In this document: piece by piece, positions 59,969-64,000 of the stretch
Layout: every line of letters starts with the position of its first letter
How positions within the stretch are numbered: position 1 is the first letter of the stretch
Origin: Promethearchaeota archaeon
Lineage (GTDB): Archaea > Asgardarchaeota > Lokiarchaeia > Sigyniarchaeales > SOKP01
Reading direction: 5' to 3'
DNA: 64,000 bases
Assembly: GCA_016840085.1 (NCBI GenBank)
Contig: JAEOTA010000088.1
Location: 84,517-148,516, forward strand
Notes under the pieces: generated by a model
What the model was told of the DNA's origin: nothing
The model's database searches: none
Seen by the model: only the letters and a program-made list of their open reading frames with translations
Program-made: the position numbers and the translations under genes

Positions 59969-60005
59969 AAAATAATAGAAAAAAAAAGAAGTTAAAAATA
60001 ATTTT
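59969..60005. repeat. 37-bp direct repeat copy 1 (T-rich on minus strand, just after ligA stop; terminator-like)
   Basis: 34/37 identical to 62097-62133. Confidence 0.75.
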
Positions 60006-60016
60006 ACAGATTTGTT

Positions 60017-61906
60017 TTAGCCAATCATATCAAGGAACTCTTGCTCAGTAATAATCTTGGTGCCTTGGTCTTGAGCCTTTACATATTTAGCGGTCGGCTC
60101 TGTGGAATTGGTTACCAGATAGGATAAATTCTTTACTACCCCACTTTTAGCTTCTCCGCCATGCTCTTTTACCAGTTCTTCCGCTTCAGCTCGTTTCATG
60201 GTCTCAAGTTTTCCTGTAAAGCAAAACGTCATACCCTCCAATTTACCTCCCATAGTTATGCCCTCCTTTATTTTTATTTTATTGGTATCTAATACTGCTT
60301 TCATTTCAGGATAAAGTGTGTTGACACCTTCGAGTAAGTATGAGGCGGTAAGTTCCGCAAACCCGTCAACCTGCGATAATTGGTGAACAGACGCATTCTT
60401 GATTTTATCTAACGTGTCAAATCCCTCATCTACTACTCGCTGAGTCAGATCTTCTCCAATGTTTTCAATGTCAAATCCCCCAATAAATTTGGCTAACGAA
60501 ACTTCTTTTACTGCTAATAAGTTGTTTAACGCTTTTTCAGCCGAAATTTCCTTCACTTGATCAAATCGGGTTAAATCTGAGACTTTTAAGCTATATAAAT
60601 CGGCAATGGTTTTGATGTTTCCATTATCAAATAAGGGTTTCAGCATTAATTTTTCGCTGAAGTGTTTCACCTCTAATTTTTTTATCCATTTTACAATGCG
60701 ATGATACAGTCTTTTTGGGCAGGCTTGATTTGGACAATATAAGCGTGTGCCCTCATTAGTAAGAGGAGTATTACAGACTTCGCAAATAGAAGGTATTGGG
60801 ATTTCTTTAGCATCTGGTGGAGTATTTATTACTTGTTCTATTTTTGGAATAATTTCTCCTCTTTTACTGATAAATACTTCAGAACCAATTTTTATCTTAA
60901 GTTCCTCAATTAAATTAGGATTGGCTAAACTTGCCCTAGAGACATTCGTGCCCATTAATCTTACAGGATCGACAATGGCGACGGGTGTATAATTCTGGCC
61001 ACTGATACTCCACTCCACGTCTCTCAAAACGGTTTCTATCTCTTCTGCATGGAATTTAAAGGCGATTTGCTTCATGGGTCTTGTACGAGCCATATCCCCA
61101 AGGTCGATTTCTCTTCCCTTAATAACCAGTCCGTCAATATCATAGTCTAACGTGTCTCTAATATTGTTCATCACATCTTCTCTTACCTCAATAACTTCTT
61201 GCGGGGTTTTTACAGTTTTTGTTTTAATAGTGTCGAATCCCTGTTCCTTCAACCATTTTAGCTTTTGAGTTTCAGTAGTAAATACAACCTTATCAGTCGT
61301 GCTAATTGCATCATAATAGACGAGGTTCAAATCTCCGCTTCCTACACTATCTTTTCTTCTTACGAGTCCAGCCGCAGCATTTCTACAATTTTGCTTATCA
61401 GAATATCTCTTTTCAAATGTCTCATGGAAAAGTAGGATTTCAGCTCTCACTGCCCCAGTAAATGGAGCTCTTAACTTAGACACAAATCCTTTCATATTTA
61501 CGACATTCGCCGATACATCATCACCTTTTATCCCATCTCCTCTGGTAATCGCATATTGAAAGATGGCCTCTTCATACTGTAATTCGATACTAATCCCATC
61601 AAGCTTGAATTGGATAAGAAAGGTTTTATAATTCCGTTTTCGTGCCCACTTCATGAACTCTTTGGAATCAACTACTTTATCCTGAGAGGTCATTGGGATG
61701 ATATGCTCTCGCTTAGTAAATAATTCTGAACTATCCACCCCGATTTTAAATAAGATTGGATTGTCAGGATCACGTTCTCGCAGTTCATCTTCTAAAGCGT
61801 CATAATTTGCGTCGGAAATCTCTGGCTGTTCATTATAGTAGAGATATCTGTGGTGTCTAATTTCCTTAACTAGATATTTAATTCTTTCTTCCTGTCCTCT
61901 GGTCAT
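60017..61906 (-). CDS. ligA: NAD-dependent DNA ligase
   Basis: YY..QPEISDANYD, KLDG, TRGDG..G.DV, RNAAAG, DIDGLVIK, C..C...C....C zinc finger, BRCT FCFTGKL. Confidence 0.95.
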   Translation of the reverse strand: MTRGQEERIKYLVKEIRHHRYLYYNEQPEISDANYDALEDELRERDPDNPILFKIGVDSSELFTKREHIIPMTSQDKVVDSKEFMKWARKRNYKTFLIQFKLDGISIELQYEEAIFQYAITRGDGIKGDDVSANVVNMKGFVSKLRAPFTGAVRAEILLFHETFEKRYSDKQNCRNAAAGLVRRKDSVGSGDLNLVYYDAISTTDKVVFTTETQKLKWLKEQGFDTIKTKTVKTPQEVIEVREDVMNNIRDTLDYDIDGLVIKGREIDLGDMARTRPMKQIAFKFHAEEIETVLRDVEWSISGQNYTPVAIVDPVRLMGTNVSRASLANPNLIEELKIKIGSEVFISKRGEIIPKIEQVINTPPDAKEIPIPSICEVCNTPLTNEGTRLYCPNQACPKRLYHRIVKWIKKLEVKHFSEKLMLKPLFDNGNIKTIADLYSLKVSDLTRFDQVKEISAEKALNNLLAVKEVSLAKFIGGFDIENIGEDLTQRVVDEGFDTLDKIKNASVHQLSQVDGFAELTASYLLEGVNTLYPEMKAVLDTNKIKIKEGITMGGKLEGMTFCFTGKLETMKRAEAEELVKEHGGEAKSGVVKNLSYLVTNSTEPTAKYVKAQDQGTKIITEQEFLDMIG

Positions 61907-62096
61907 CTTTTACCCCTCACGAAATGAATTAAGCAGGTATGATACATAATATTTATGTTTTTTTAAATTAAAAGAGGCTTTGGAATTATTATCATTTTAA
62001 TTTGAAAATTAATGATAAATTAAAGCATTTTTAACAATAAAAATATCATATCTTAAATGTATTCCACTCTTACAAGTTATTTCTTATTTTAAAACA

Positions 62097-62133
62097 AAAA
62101 TAATAGAAAAAAAATGAAGTTAGAAATTATTTT
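62097..62133. repeat. 37-bp direct repeat copy 2 (just after stop of 62144-62572)
   Basis: 34/37 identical to 59969-60005. Confidence 0.75.
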
Positions 62134-62143
62134 TAATTATCAG

Positions 62144-62572
62144 TTATTCATATTGTCTTAAAATGGTAATAGGGCTATTACAAACGGAACATTTTTTTGC
62201 TAAGGTATCTACAACCATTTCACAATTTAAGCATATTCTTACAATTGCTCGCTTGGCTATTCCGTTGAGATCATAAATCCAATGTTCACAATTATCTTCT
62301 TTATGTTTCTTGGCGATTTGATTAAGTCTTTCTTTATTACATTCTTGTAATTCTTCAGCAGAAAACTTGGCTGTATTGTGAAGGATCTCAAGAATCAAAC
62401 TCTCTTTTTCTGCATCGTGTTTATTCAAAGAATCGAGTTCCAATGTCTTATGCTCAGAATGGGATCCTCTAAATACTTTATAAAACGCGACATAATCATA
62501 TTCTATTGGGATTTTTGTATTAACATATCTTTCTTGTGTAATATTTTGACTCATATCTTTACCAACCCTCAT
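62144..62572 (-). CDS. Hypothetical protein with C-terminal zinc ribbon
   Basis: CLNC-x9-CSVC. Confidence 0.6.
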   Translation of the reverse strand: MRVGKDMSQNITQERYVNTKIPIEYDYVAFYKVFRGSHSEHKTLELDSLNKHDAEKESLILEILHNTAKFSAEELQECNKERLNQIAKKHKEDNCEHWIYDLNGIAKRAIVRICLNCEMVVDTLAKKCSVCNSPITILRQYE

Positions 62573-62672
62573 ATTGAGTACTTAAAATGAATCTATTATA
62601 AAATTAAAAAAAATAGAGACAAGTAATTTACTAAACCAAATTAACCCTTCCAATTTATGTGATACAAAATCC

Positions 62673-63659
62673 TCATACAGCCTTCTGTAGTCCTCTATAA
62701 ATCTTTAACTTTTCTTTTATCTCTCGATACTCATCTGTGCTGATGTTATAGACAAAATTGGATTTTGGAATGAAAACTTCTCGTCCATCACTTTCGAATT
62801 TCTCAAGAGACACCTTAACTTTCTTTCGAGAAATATACCTTCTGTATATTTTATATGCATCTTGAATTTTTTGAATATCACTTTGGCTAAGCTCAGAGAA
62901 GTGATCACTATTCTTTCTCTCATGGGCGTTATACTCCTCTATTTCTCTCTCCAATAAATTCGAGATCTTAAGTGCCATACTTCTAATGCTTACAGAAGTC
63001 TGGTGAAATAGTGGTGAAAGCTGCTTTCCTATTTTCCATGTCGATACTTTAGTATATACCAAATAATAAATAATATAGATATATTTAATAACTAAAAATC
63101 TGTTCTCCTCAGTGATATACTTCTCCCCTAATTGTTGTAATATCTTTTCAGGAATAATATCACGTGGTGCTTTATTATTATGCGTTAATTCCTGATAAAT
63201 CAATCTTTTTAGATGCTTCTTATAATGATTTACCCTTTTCCCTGTGCGTAACGTCCACATGTGAAAATATAACTCTTCGTTATCTACAAATTTCTTGGTA
63301 TATTTTTCGACAACTTTACGCTTAAGTCCAAACTTATGCCCTATCGCTTCATGGGTGGGTAGTGTGTATGAAGGATTCTTCTGAAACCTTTCTTTCTCTT
63401 CTTCTATAAAAGATCGTAATTTATCCAAAATTAATTGAGGAGTTTTATCATTATGTGGATACATTCTGGCATATAAGTTAGTAGTGCTATTCTCAGGTTC
63501 TACTATTTCTTTTGCATACTTTGTTATAGTCCTTCTAGCTATTCCTAGCTCAGAATGGATGCCTCGTAATGAACGTGGCTTATATTGTGGATTTGCCAAA
63601 AATTTAGTTTTCTCTTCTTCAATAATCACTTTTAATTTATCTAAATTTTCTGAATTCAA
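62673..63659 (-). CDS. Hypothetical protein with repeated HTH-like modules
   Basis: Internal repeat LDKL...IEEEK..F..NP.Y followed by SLRGIHSELGIARRTITKY / THEAIGHKFGLKRKVVEKY. Confidence 0.6.
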   Translation of the reverse strand: MNSENLDKLKVIIEEEKTKFLANPQYKPRSLRGIHSELGIARRTITKYAKEIVEPENSTTNLYARMYPHNDKTPQLILDKLRSFIEEEKERFQKNPSYTLPTHEAIGHKFGLKRKVVEKYTKKFVDNEELYFHMWTLRTGKRVNHYKKHLKRLIYQELTHNNKAPRDIIPEKILQQLGEKYITEENRFLVIKYIYIIYYLVYTKVSTWKIGKQLSPLFHQTSVSIRSMALKISNLLEREIEEYNAHERKNSDHFSELSQSDIQKIQDAYKIYRRYISRKKVKVSLEKFESDGREVFIPKSNFVYNISTDEYREIKEKLKIYRGLQKAV

Positions 63660-63925
63660 ATCTTAATTATCCCTCCTTTTTTAAGATTAGTCCTATGTGA
63701 AAAATAATATCTTTTGGGCTATTTAAATCAGAACAATAGACCAACTTAGTAATTTGTAGGTGAACTGATATTTTCATGATCTTATTTTATCATCTCTACT
63801 ATTCTAACAAAAGAAAGAATATGAACCTATAAAAAGAAAAAAACATTTCTAAAGGAAAAGTAAGAAGGGTATGTTTTTGGGTAGTTACAAAATTAAGTGA
63901 TTGTGTTTAAATCTTTCGCTGACCT

Positions 63926-64000
63926 TCATTCTTTTTTTAGCGCGAAATACTTGTTCCAAATCTCTTGGTACTTGCCAAACCATGTATCAAGCTTCTTAAA
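63926..64000 (-). CDS. 3' end of a gene continuing beyond the window
   Basis: Open frame ...FKKLDTWFGKYQEIWNKYFALKKE*. Confidence 0.35.
   Translation of the reverse strand, partial: FKKLDTWFGKYQEIWNKYFALKKE

Larger units (their letters stand above)
59271..64000 (-). mobile_element. Putative island or rearranged block interrupting the ribosomal protein operon; extends beyond the window
   Basis: Abrupt switch to minus-strand accessory genes, gene debris at 59276-59553, NAD-dependent ligase, repeated 37-bp element; no integrase seen. Confidence 0.5.

Noticed and set aside
2102-63666. Short ORFs overlapping or antisense to well-supported genes (e.g. 2102-2299, 3216-3419, 6536-6727, 6875-7102, 11417-11629, 13396-13734, 24516-24851, 45257-45661, 54878-55231, 60747-60992)
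   Set aside because: Shadow frames of real genes with no recognisable motifs.
1-64000. CRISPR array or rRNA genes
   Set aside because: No regularly spaced repeats and no long GC-rich structural RNA region seen.

Overview
AT-rich archaeal chromosome segment, most likely from an Asgard archaeon of the Lokiarchaeia type. This is inferred from the archaeal ribosomal-protein cluster and A1-U72 tRNA-Gln together with eukaryote-signature proteins: ribophorin I, OSTC/DC2-like, Sec61beta, roadblock, longin-like, V4R/Bet3-like, Rpc34/TFEbeta-like and a RING-type finger. Most of the window is housekeeping: LeuRS, TIM, MetAP2, glycosylation genes, an Opp transporter, RNA methyltransferases, RecA paralogues and peptidases. 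The main finding is that the essential rps3 (uS3) gene is interrupted by two tiny insertions (31 nt at 57645-57675 and 30 nt at 57735-57764). Each folds into a hairpin with bulge-helix-bulge geometry at the junctions, and removing both at the predicted EndA cut sites restores a canonical 257-aa uS3. These are candidate tRNA-type micro-introns in an mRNA. Other notable items: (i) an unannotated membrane-anchored ORF with an in-frame TGA in a CxxU context next to ccdA (candidate new selenoprotein); (ii) a ~4.9-kb integrase-less island (GIY-YIG nuclease, HEXXH protein, two DUF4238) bracketed by two diverged copies of the same 336-bp gene end; (iii) a solo tnpB with a rearranged RuvC site flanked by a perfect 19-bp inverted repeat; (iv) rpl14 cut off after ~22 codons by a second foreign-looking block carrying an NAD-dependent ligase; (v) a tRNA-Gln with C instead of U at position 33. 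All calls come from reading motifs by eye; no searches or folding programs were run.
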